Below are positions 13,161 through 23,948 of a stretch of 35,908 bases of DNA, piece after piece. Under the pieces are notes generated by a model. It was not told the origin of the DNA, searched no databases, and was given only the letters and a program-made list of their open reading frames with translations. The stretch's first letter is position 1. Each line of letters starts with the position of its first letter. Origin of the DNA: Priapulus caudatus. Taxonomy: Eukaryota. The stretch is taken from NCBI RefSeq assembly GCF_000485595.1, contig NW_014577075.1, positions 1 through 35,908 on the forward strand, read 5' to 3'. Position numbers and translations under genes: made by a program.

Positions 13161-13166
13161 AATAAA
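13161..13166 (+). terminator. Candidate polyadenylation signal of CatSper2
   Basis: AATAAA about 300 nt after the stop codon, at the end of an AT-rich 3' UTR-like stretch. Confidence 0.45.
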
Positions 13167-13273
13167 TACTCTAATAATTTATATATATGTATACTGTAAT
13201 AACCTGCTACAGCAAACTATATTATCACGAAGTTCTCTGCGATAAAATTATACAAGTATATAATTTGCGATAT

Positions 13274-13274
<1 letters not shown>

Positions 13275-13334
<60 letters not shown>
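13275..13334. repeat. (GA)n microsatellite followed by a purine-rich tract
   Basis: Direct observation. Confidence 0.95.
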
Positions 13335-13338
<4 letters not shown>

Positions 13339-13469
13339 GAGGGAGGGAGGGAGGGAAGTTGGAGAAGGGAGGGGAGGAGGCGAAGATGATGGGTAGGGGC
13401 GAGTGCGGGTGAGAAGGTGTTTGAGTAGGAGAGGGGAGGAGGAGACCGGAAGAAGGTGTTGGACGATCA

Positions 13470-13494
13470 NNNNNNNNNNNNNNNNNNNNNNNNN
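13470..13494. other. Assembly gap (25 N)
   Basis: Run of n characters. Confidence 1.
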
Positions 13495-13590
13495 AAACCC
13501 CCCTCCACACCCACCCACTCCCCCCCCCGGTCGCTTCGCTCGCAGTGCGATCTCACTCTCACCTATCACCAATGTTGGCAGCCCTGCTAA

Positions 13591-14413
13591 TACTAGTAAT
13601 AGCAAGAGCTGGATAATACCTAGAGTGTACAACGGAAAAACGGGGAAATAGTGCTATTTCACGACTACATTATTCTACTTTGCCTGCGAGTCTAGAATAA
13701 TTTCATGGTATTGCATTAAGCCAGAATTTCTTTGCTCTCTAAAAACAAGACAACCGCTTGTCATACGATACTCCTAGGGCGGAGGATATCGGCTCCTAAA
13801 CCTCCCCTCCCACATGCCAAACGCCCCCTCGTATCCACTTCTGCCACCATCCTACACGCGGCTAAGCGTTGAGTCGTGAAAGTTCGGTTATTTCCGCTGA
13901 TAAATTTATGAATGGACGGTGCTTCGGTTATCATAGGTGACATGGGGGCATCGCCTATGCCCCTTATCTTCCATTATCTTTCCTAGCACGGCTAATGCCC
14001 GTCATGATGGAGCCGGCTCCATTCAAGTTCTTTACAACGCAGCTCAGTTACTCAGTGTAGTAACAGTACCAAATTTGGGCATATGACATCAATTATCAGC
14101 GCTCCAAGTGGTGACGGAAACCGATAGCCAAAATGCTTACCGCGTGTAGGATGGTGGCAGAGAGTGGGATACGAGGCGGCGTTTGGCATGTGAGAGGGGA
14201 GGTTTAGGACCGATATCTCAGGCCTAGCGTATCGTATTGAGAAAGGCGGTTGGTCTTGTTGTAGAGAGCAAGGAATTCTGCTTAATGCTAATAGCATGAA
14301 ATTATTCTAGACTCACAGGCAAAGTAGAATAATGTATCGTCGTGAAATAGCACTATTTCCCCGTTTTTTCCGTTATACACTCTAGGTATTATCCGCTCTT
14401 GGTATATGTAGTA
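13591..14413. mobile_element. Non-autonomous element with ~165-bp imperfect terminal inverted repeats
   Basis: 13591-13757 is the diverged reverse complement of 14246-14413 (e.g. CGGGGAAATAGTGCTATTTCACGAC / GTCGTGAAATAGCACTATTTCCCCG). Confidence 0.75.
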
Positions 14414-14744
14414 TGACTATGAGTGTGTTTACAACTAGTTATACATCACAAGGGCGGATACAGGATTTTTCAAAGGGGTGGGACCATAATTTTTGAGGGA
14501 GGGCATTTATCATATTTCACCTTATTTAGGGCACCCCTGTATCCAAGCAAGGGCGAGCGCGAACGCGCGAAGCAGTGAAGGGGGGTCTGGGGGTCCTCCC
14601 CCAGAACATTTCTGAATTTTTAAGTTGCGGAGTGGCCTTTTCCTTCATTTCCCATGCATATTGACATTATCTTGATTTAGTTTTTGTCAGTGTTTTAATT
14701 AATAGAATGAGGATCCCAATCCAAAATAAGAAAAGATTTGATGA

Positions 14745-15816
14745 TCATATGATAACTGTATTAATTTTGGTAGCATCAGCAGTATCATTTTCAACGACAA
14801 CTTCATAGATGGTTTCCTCCGCTGTGTTTATTGGATCAGCAGTTTCAAGAATTGAAGTTTCAGCAACAGGATCATCAGCAGTATCGATGAGCGAAGTATC
14901 AGCAACAGAATTTACACCTACGGTATCATCACCAGTTTCGAAAGTAACGTCGTATTCAGCAACAGAATTTTCAACAACGGGATCAGCGAACTTGGGATGA
15001 CTGCCGTGCCTGCGGCTGTATGCTGCCAAAATATATATATTTATCAATGTCTTTTCACAACCCTAAATTTGGTGCCCTTTCAAATATATACAGAGGTGCC
15101 CATTTTCAAGATTTAATTGTGACGGGGATCGGGTTTTCATGTGCCCTTTTAGAAACATTTTCTCCGTCAAGATGCCCTCTTTTTTAAGATTTTTGGCGAG
15201 ATTAATTGGGTGCCCTATTTCAAAAAAAATTTCCGTCAGGGTGCCCTCTTTTAAAAATTTGTGACAAGATCGAGTTTTTTAGGTGCCCTTTGGCTTTAGA
15301 ATAATATTTCTCCGTCAAGGTGCCCTCTTTTTTAAAATGCTGCCCTTTTTGAAATATTTTTCTCCGTCAAAGTGCCCTCTTTTTTATGATTTTTGGCGAG
15401 ATCGGGATTTCATGTGCCCTATTTCAACAATTTTTCTCCGTCAAGGTGCCCTCTTTTAAAAAAAAGATCGGGTTTTAAAGCTGCCCTTGGGCCGGGGCTT
15501 GAAACGTTTTTCTCCGTCAAGGTGCCCTCTTTTTTAAATTTTTGATGAGATAGGATTTATATGTGCCGTATTTAAAATATCATTCTGCATCATAGGCTAG
15601 GTGCCTTTCAAACTAAAAGTTTTAGTTTGTAATTCTTAGTAAGTAAATCAGGTTTTCACACAGGACCTATATTTCATTAAAAATTGACACATTTCACTGC
15701 TTATTTCTCTTGTAAAAAAACACAATCTTACCTGAACAAACTAGTAATTGAGTCTTTGATGCTGCCTTGATAGTTTCTTGAAGCTTTCGCTTCCGAACTC
15801 GATCTTTGCTGGGCAT
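14745..15816 (-). pseudogene. Two-exon 120-aa ORF inside the transposon, probably a truncated transposase N-terminus
   Basis: Exon 15816-15732 (MPSKDRVRKRKLQETIKAASKTQLLVCS, donor GTAAGA) joins in frame to 15022-14745 (acceptor ttttggcag; YSRRHGSHPKFADPVVENS...NTVII*). No catalytic domain is visible. Confidence 0.5.
15070..15570. repeat. Degenerate minisatellite inside the hAT-like element
   Basis: Recurring TTTTCTCCGTCAAGGTGCCCTCTTTTT and GATCGGGTTTT...GTGCCC motifs. Confidence 0.8.
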
Positions 15817-16628
15817 TTTTTTATATTATATATAAAAGCATAGGTGAATAGGTAAAAAGCAGACACGGAATGCGGACCAGACCAGGATGCGGAATGCGGA
15901 AACAAACTCCACGACAGATGGCGCTCTCGCTCATAGGCTCAATCCTGCGTGTGGGAAGGGGGCGCTGCATGCAGTTTGATGCGGAAACTGATTACTGACC
16001 GAGACATTGACTAAATGAGTCAGGCTACAGGGGGTATGAAATGAGGGGGGTATCAAAAACTCATCAGAAATCAACAACTATATTTTGGTTGCTTTTGGAA
16101 AATAAGAAATTTCATCTTGTAAAAAAATTTAGTTGGTCAACAAAATTTTCGCTTATGATTTTTGAGGGCATCTTGATTTTTCAAGGGGGTGGACCGGTCC
16201 ACCCGGTCCACCCCCCTAAATCCGCCCTTGCATCATCTACACAATACATCATGTCATTATAGACAGCTGAGAACATCATCAATGCTAATGATACTCATGA
16301 TCTAAGAATAATATTTGTATCTATGTTGTGGACCCTAAACTCTGAATAGTTGCACAACTTGGAATTTATCAGCCACATTCACTATTGGGCCAAACCCAAT
16401 CTTGAGATTGGGCAAAACGAATGAGTAAACACCTAAAACAGAGCGTGCACAAACAATGATTATTATGATTGAAGATTTTCAAATGTATGATCACATGCAT
16501 AAGACATCTAAAGCGTACAGCTATACACTCTATACCTTATCTTCGAGTAGAGGGGAGGAGGAGGGGAGAAGGAGGGGAGAAGGAGGGGGAGAAGCTGGTA
16601 GAGAAGGAGGGGGAGAAGGGAGTTCCGC

Positions 16629-16646
16629 TTCCCAAAATGCAGTGCG
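16629..16646 (+). promoter_or_regulatory. ZNF143/Staf-like binding site, candidate SON promoter
   Basis: TTCCCAAAATGCAGTGCG resembles the SBS consensus. It is followed by a possible donor GTAAGA at 16728, and there is an acceptor at 18541-18542 ahead of the SON ATG. Confidence 0.4.
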
Positions 16647-17216
16647 CCGCCTTTAGCCATGTACTTAAGTTTGTAACATCCAGTGCGCAGTGCTAGCAAA
16701 CTATGTATTTCCCACTGACTGGCTGGAGTAAGATGGTCCCGAGCATTCGTAATAGAATGTTCTATAGCCCTGCGGAAACTGTACGCGGGCTATAGTACTA
16801 GAGCTAGATTACCCCTAGCTCTAGCCTCTAGGACTATAGCCCGCGTACAGGAGCCGCACAACTCAGCATAATATTGCGACCCGATTACCCCGAGACGAGG
16901 GATGTTACTCTCAGGGTCTCAGGATACAATACATTTTAGTACACAGGCCTGGCCCTGGGCCTCTAGACTATAGTCGGCTCAGAGTCCTTCTTTATGCATG
17001 CTCCCGGTGGACAAGCGTGGTGTCGGTAGTCGAATTCGAAATAAAGGCTCTCACTCTGCCACTGTCTGTCCAGTCGAGCCTCTAATGGTTTTAGGTTTAG
17101 TGAGCACACACTGTGACACAGTGACACAGTGTTTTCACACTTGGATTGTTCCATGGACATGGTTGTACTATACGATTCCTGAATGAGTATTTCCCGAGGT
17201 CTCTATTTGACCTACG

Positions 17217-18267
17217 CAGGGCTGTAGCCTCTGGGGTGGGGGGGGGGGGGGGGCAGCTGCTCCCTAGATTTTGAAGCAAAATTAAAGGAATAATTGGTCC
17301 ATTGATTATGCAATGTTGACGAATGCTAGAGTAACTGGCACCTTGTGTAGTTAATAAGTACATTACCTTTATATATAGCCAAACGCGTATTAGTTTGTCC
17401 AATATCACGGCTGGTTACATTACAAACAAGACTTGAAATCGGTTGTTGATGTTGTATCAACGTATCATTTACGTGCCGTAAATGTCATCCAGGAGTCAAG
17501 CGATGACGTAAACATTTGTGCGGCCTGTATGTTTTGGACGCCAGATGAAACGGAGGTGTCAGCGGTGTAACCGCGGCCACGGACTAAACATGGAAATAGA
17601 GTAAAATACACGTACTAATCACGGACGCACGTGGACAGCCCTGACAAAAAGTTCCTTATCACGAGCATCCATGTTTACGAAATCACTGATTATAGCATTG
17701 CATACGGCCGAGCATGCGTGCGAAAATGTCCGGTGCACTATAAATCTGTATCACACCCGCTTCGCCGGCAGCGGTTTGAAACTGTAAACAACTGATTTTT
17801 GGACTCAAAGACCAGCGGTTTTCAATTAGACATTTCTTAGTAACCAGCAGTGATATTGGACAAACTAATACGCGTTTGGCTATAAGGTAATGTACTTTAA
17901 TATTAACTACACAAGGTGCCAGTTACTCTAGCATTCGTCAACATTGCATAATCAATGGACCTATTATTCCTTTAAAAATAAGCTTGGTTGATAATCGTAA
18001 ATAACTCTTAGAACATGATTTCTTTGGTCACTTATCTGTGAAAGCCTTGTTTCATACCCACCCCCATGGGCCCCACCACACTATGGATGTTGATCAAGAG
18101 CTGCGCCAATCCCTCATCATTACACAGTTGAGTCATGAAATTTTGCTCTCCATAGGAATTACCTCAGCCTACAGCCTACCCCGACCAGGCTGTGTGACTA
18201 ACGTCAATATACACATGATGTATGTCTCTTGATGTATGACCGTTTCTTGGAGCTATCTACGGCCCTG
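17217..18267. mobile_element. Non-autonomous hAT-like element with 5-bp TSD, hosting a nested element
   Basis: TIR CAGGGCTGTAG ... CTACGGCCCTG; TSD CTACG at 17212-17216 and 18268-18272. Confidence 0.75.
17286..17971. mobile_element. Kolobok-like MITE with long TIRs and TTAA TSD
   Basis: TTAA|AGGAATAAT... and ...ATTATTCCT|TTAA; about 130-bp inverted repeats (17286-17418 versus 17839-17971). Confidence 0.85.
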
Positions 18268-18584
18268 CTACGCATACACATTCTCTTGTATTAGGTTATA
18301 TTATAATATGTAGATCATAGATATGTCTATACTATGAGTAGCGGCAGTGCACACCTCAGCAGAATATTTTAATATCTAATGGTTAATACCATATATCGCA
18401 TGATAATTCTATGTAAATGTCATTTAAATACTGTTCTATTGCTACAAGTACAACATGCAACGTCACTATTCGTGCACCACTGTGTAAACCAAGAAAAATC
18501 GATCTTGTTGAGTTATACTGTAACAATTTTCATTCTAAACAGGTAATGTCCATAAAAATGTCTTAACGAAGACAAAATGACGGA

Positions 18585-21500
18585 ATGACTGAAAAGAAAG
18601 GCAGTGACGAATTGGCGGATGAAGTGATAGAGAGAGTAACAGAGAAAATGGCCGACAAAGCAATGGAGAAGGTGGCCGACAAAGCATTGGAGAAAATGGC
18701 CGACAAACCAACGGAGAAAATGGCCGACAAAGCAACGGAGAAGGTGGCCGACAAAACAAAGGAGAAGCCAGGTGTGGTCGACACAATCTTCAGCACCTTT
18801 ATCGCGCAGAAGATGAAGGAAATAGAAGCTGGCAGAACCTCCCCAGAGAACGTGTCGAGTCAGAAGCAGAAGCAGAAGCAGCACCGCGGCAGATCGCAAC
18901 GTGGCGCGGAAGCAGACGACGACAATAATACGGCGCGCTCGGACCGTGGCGAATGCAGCAGCGGTGGCGGTGACGCAGCAGCCGCTGAGACCGAGACAAG
19001 GTTACCGAGCAGCAGCCGGTTACAGTCTACCACAGATGAGAGAAACAGTGATGCGCGCTCGGACACGACGACGAAACGCGGCGCTGACCGCTCGCCGAGC
19101 CCGGCCGGCGAGAAGGGACACAAGCGGAAGAAGAAGAAAAAGGAGAAGCACAAGCACAAGAGCAAGCACCACGGCAAGGAGAAGCGACGCGAGAAGCACA
19201 GCAGGAACCGTAGCATACACCGCAGTCACCGAACCTCGGGGAGCAGCGTGGATGCGGCCACGAATCGGAGAGGGCTTTCCTTCGAGGACATGCACGACCT
19301 GGAGCTCGAGGAAGCACCGCAGGAAGCGAGCGGCCGACGTGCCGGGAGCGCTTCCGGATCAAGTCTGCAGGACGGATCGGCCGCCGGCTCGCAGGACGGC
19401 TTCTGGAGAGGAGCCGATCTGTTGCCTAGCGACACGACAAGTGCCCGGCAACCATCCGACGCCGAATCCCCGGGAGAATCGACGGAACTGCAGAGCGCTC
19501 AGCGCAGTGATGGCGGCACCCACAAGGATGTGCAGAATCCTTCACTCGTCGTTCCCGAGCAGGAATCGGATGGCATTCCGCCCGACGCAGCCGGATGTGC
19601 CGATAGCGCCGTCAGTGTTCTCGTAAACAGTTCACTTGAGAACAATGCAGCCTCTGCCGGGGAATCTGTCAAGGAAACGCTCCAGGAAGACGTCGTCTGC
19701 ACAAAGGCAGTCGTGTTGGACAGTGTCTTCGAGAAGCCCGACGAAGTTGTCGCGGTCGAGAAGACGAAAAACAGGATCAAGATCCAAGACCTGAAGTTGA
19801 GCAGTGTGGTGCTGTCGACTGCCGCGCCCAGCATGCCCAGCAACGACGACGTGACGACGGCCGAGGCGAAACAAGAGGACTCCAGTGACACGGACGGAAT
19901 CGTCGAGGACACGGATGGCGAGATATCGGACTCGCACTCTGAACCCGACGTCGAGAAGGAGGGCGAGGCAGCAGGCGTGGAGGCAGGCGAGGCGGCAGGC
20001 GCCGAGGCAACAGCGACGCCCAGCAAGAAGCACAAACATGGCAAGAAACACAAGCACAAGAGCAAGAAGCGTCGGCGGGAGAAGGAACGCGAGGGAGAGC
20101 GGGAACGCCACGGCAAGCGGTCGCACTCCCGAGAACACACGTCGGCCCGACGCAGGCGCTCCCAGTCACCGCGGCAACGGCATCGAACCCGGTCCCGGTC
20201 GCCGCAGCGACGGCGCGGGTCGCGCTCTCGTTCCTCGGACAGGCGGCGTAGTGATGGCCACTCGGAGCCCCGCGGCGTGGACGTGCGGCATCCCCGCGAT
20301 AGGTGGCGCCACGGTCGGCATTCTCGTTCGCCGGTGAGGGATGCACGAGAACACATCGATAAGGCACGGCTGCTGAAGGTTGCTAAACAGAACTTGCTGC
20401 AGCTGCAGAACGTGGGGGCGCTACCGGAAGGCCTGCAGCTGCCAGACCTGAAGCCTGAGCAGATGGCAATGATTCAGGCTGGAGGCAAGACTGTGCAGGA
20501 ACTAACAGGTGAATGCATGTATGTTGGCCTTGTGTTGGGCATGTTCCTAGACAATAACCCGCGTGCGTATTTCTCGCAAATTCTTGTTATTCCTGCAGTT
20601 TAGTTAATGTTGTTTATTTATCATTCGCTATCTGTTAATGTCTTTATCTAATATTTTATTCTTTTGTAGTTATATCATCTAGATATGTTATTGATGCTCT
20701 TATTTGGTATGCATTCTGAGAACAATCCGAAAAACCTGCATTATTGAACATACATATATTATTATTAAACGTAACCGTGATGTGAATTTTGTATGATATA
20801 CATTTATCGGTACGTCTTTAATCTGTGATCGACAGAGGTGTGTCGGCAACTGGTGAGAAAGGAAGGTGAATTATCCAGCTCTTCTGACTCCTCTCCCACG
20901 CGGCCGGAATCAGACGAGGAGGAGGGCGCGTTCATACATCACCCATTCAAGTTGCGAGAAAACAACTCCAACATTCTCATGCTGATACGAGTAAGTTTCA
21001 TCTCAGTCTACAGCTGTGGATATACACACGAAGTTACGATTCTAGCCACAAGTCAGGGCAAACGTCTGAGTGAATGTAATTATGTTTGACTCTATTAGAT
21101 ACTCGGGGATAGAAATCACGTGCGTATGCATATACAGGGGTAGAAATGAACTTTTGAACAAGCGAGTCCAACGGACCCTAACCCTAACCCTACCCTCAAA
21201 AAGGTATAGGAGGGAGTCCGCAGCAAAATGAGGAAGTCCGCAGTCTGAAGTTCAAAACTAATGATATTAACAAAAAGGACATTTGCGCTGCAACGTCTGC
21301 CAAATTTTCTTGGGACATTTGCTAAAAAAAGAAAGAAAGATAATTCTGCGAGGCCATGCTCTGGAACGAACTAGTTAGTATAGCACAGTTTTCAGGGAGT
21401 CACACGGACTCCTGCATATGTCAAATCAAGGAGTCCGACAATAAATCAGGGAATATTTGACTCCAGACTCGCGTTAATTTTGCACCCTGATATATCAGTG

Positions 21501-23906
21501 TGCATCACTGGTCGTTGTTGGTAAATATTCATAAATGCACATGTATGGTATTATAGGTTAGTTCTGGTTGTGGTCCTTGGTTTAAAAGGTTGGATGCTAT
21601 ATGTGTGAGTAAATCGTATGTGTGTTCTAGGCAATCAACAATGTTAGATTCGGTTGGATATCTGGCATACTTGTCCACGGTCGTTCTCTCTTGCTTTATA
21701 TATGTACATGTGGCTAAGCTCACGTTGCTTTAATTTAATTGCACGTTTATAAATTATATTACGGTCAGTCGAATAACAATGCAAGGTTCTTTTATTCGGC
21801 TGGATTTCTCACTTCTATCTGCACTCGTCTCTCTCTCTCTCTCTGCATTGTTGTACGGCAACCCGAATATGAACTCGAGCTTAATTCTGTAATGACTGCG
21901 TTTCGATTGTCTGCGCGTTCTCACGCGTCGCTGCTGTTAACAGGGCGGCACACAGAAGCCAACGACAAGTAACATGCAGCGTATACAGGAGAGCGTCGGC
22001 TCACAGCTGCGGCTCACCTTCCCCGTCTCGAGCGGCAGCCAGCATCGGCAGAAGGAGCTGGAGTGGGTCCCCGTCGACAAGGCGGAGGAGGAGGAGCGGC
22101 GGCGGAAGGAGGAGAGGGAGAGGTCGAAGCAGGCGACGGCAGCGAAGGAGGAGGAGGCGGCGGAGACGAAGGGGAGGGAAGAAGGAGAGAGCGGGGCGGG
22201 GGCTGCCGCGGCGCTGATGCCTCCGCCGCCGCCGCCGCCCGTCGAGTCTACCGTCGCGAGACAGGACAAGGTGTTCTCTGAACCACCCACTATGGTATGA
22301 GGGACACGAAGGCAAACATTTCTAATTGGAGGAGGGGTTCTGGTATAACTCGTGTATCGTCAATGCTTGTTATGTAACACAGGGAGGGCTACGTAACTTA
22401 AAGGGATACTAGACTCTAGGATTCTACTGCATACAACTGTACTTACTGTATAACAAATCGTCTATACCCACACGTACTTGTGACCAGATACCTAATTTAA
22501 TTGTTATAATTAATTATACATCAACGATACGAAATTTGAACAGCGCCATTGACACTCGCGACCGTGCTGCCACCCTGAAAAAGTTGCGCATTTCCCAATA
22601 TATTTTGCATGTTACAGATCGAGGGCTAATCACAAAGGTGCAATTATATTTATACCTAAATGCTATTTAACCGAACGATGTTCATTTAAGGACAAATTTA
22701 TCTATAATATAACTGAAACTATATGTCATTTATAAGATATTACAATCCTTTTGCTAATAAATAAGAAACACCCTCGGTCTGTAGCCCTTTGCTGAAAAGT
22801 CGTTTTGCGCAACTTCTCAGATTGTGCGCTTTGAGTGGCGCCACCGTCATTGTAATCAAACTGTAGTCGTTAGTTTTAAAACATAAAAAAAAAAATTCTA
22901 ATGGTGATTGAACCATGAAACCTTTTATGTAGCGTATTATTAACCTTTTATTTTAACATAAATTAACTGAAAATAACCCTAGAACCTAGAGTAAAGGATC
23001 CCTTTAACATAAACAAAGTAGAATTTATGAAGAGGCGGCATTGGGTAAATCTGGTGGGGCAGCTAGGAAATTTTTATTGCGGTGGATATCAGCTAGATTT
23101 ATGAGGTGTCAGAGCAAGTAAGCGTGGTAACCACACACAACTTGCTGTCAGTGCCAACGTGAATAGTTGCCCTCCTTACTCTTTGTGCCGTTCGACAATT
23201 GGCCGATATCCCTGTCAATATAATGCCGTGGGTGCCCTACGTTGTTTGCTTTTATGCCCTTTCCATAAATTCCATGTTGTGTATGCATCTCTATCTGTCC
23301 TGCATAAAAAGTGTTTGATAAAAAGTAAGTTGCCTCAGTGTTCCTCCTTTCAAGGAACAATTATGTAACAGTTTATTCAGTGCTCATTTCTTTTCAGTTC
23401 TGTGTGCTTACAGATAAAACACCCCTGATTAACATTCAGACGACCGAAAGGTTGTCTGAATGTAGACATCGCAGACAGACAAACAAACAAATAAGATGTA
23501 GCAAGTAAACGTAAGAATATATATGTGTGTATTTCTTGGAACAGATGATTGATGTTGGATCGGTAGTTGCTGAGAGACTGGCAGCTATGAGGAAGCTACA
23601 GCATAACCCAAATGATGTGGAAGCCATGAACAAAATCCACAATGCTCAGGCAAAGGTAAGATGAGCAGTAGCAGTAATAACTGACATTAACAACAGCCAT
23701 AACAGTATCAACTAGACAGAGGGCACTCACGGAGAGTGCATACCTCCGCGAGCATGTAACATGTATGTGTTACGAGCTGGCTCGCCGCTCGCTGCTGGCT
23801 GCTGCTGACTGACTCGCCGCTCGCTGGTGGCGGCTGCTGACTCACTCGCCTGCTGCTGACTCGCTGCTCGCTGACTCGACGCGCTATCGATTGCGCCACG
23901 CGGGCT

Positions 23907-23948
<42 letters not shown>

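Larger units (their letters stand above)
14449..16230 (-). mobile_element. Non-autonomous hAT-like DNA transposon with 5-bp TSD, internal minisatellite and a spliced ORF remnant
   Basis: TIR CAAGGGCGGAT ... ATCCGCCCTTG; TSD CATCA at 14444-14448 and 16231-16235. Confidence 0.8.

Noticed and set aside
13187..13651. ORFs with ERERER or SLSLSL runs
   Set aside because: Translations of the (GA)n microsatellite spanning an assembly gap.
18513..20367. Long antisense and alternate-frame ORFs over the large SON exon
   Set aside because: Shadow ORFs of a GC-rich repetitive coding exon.
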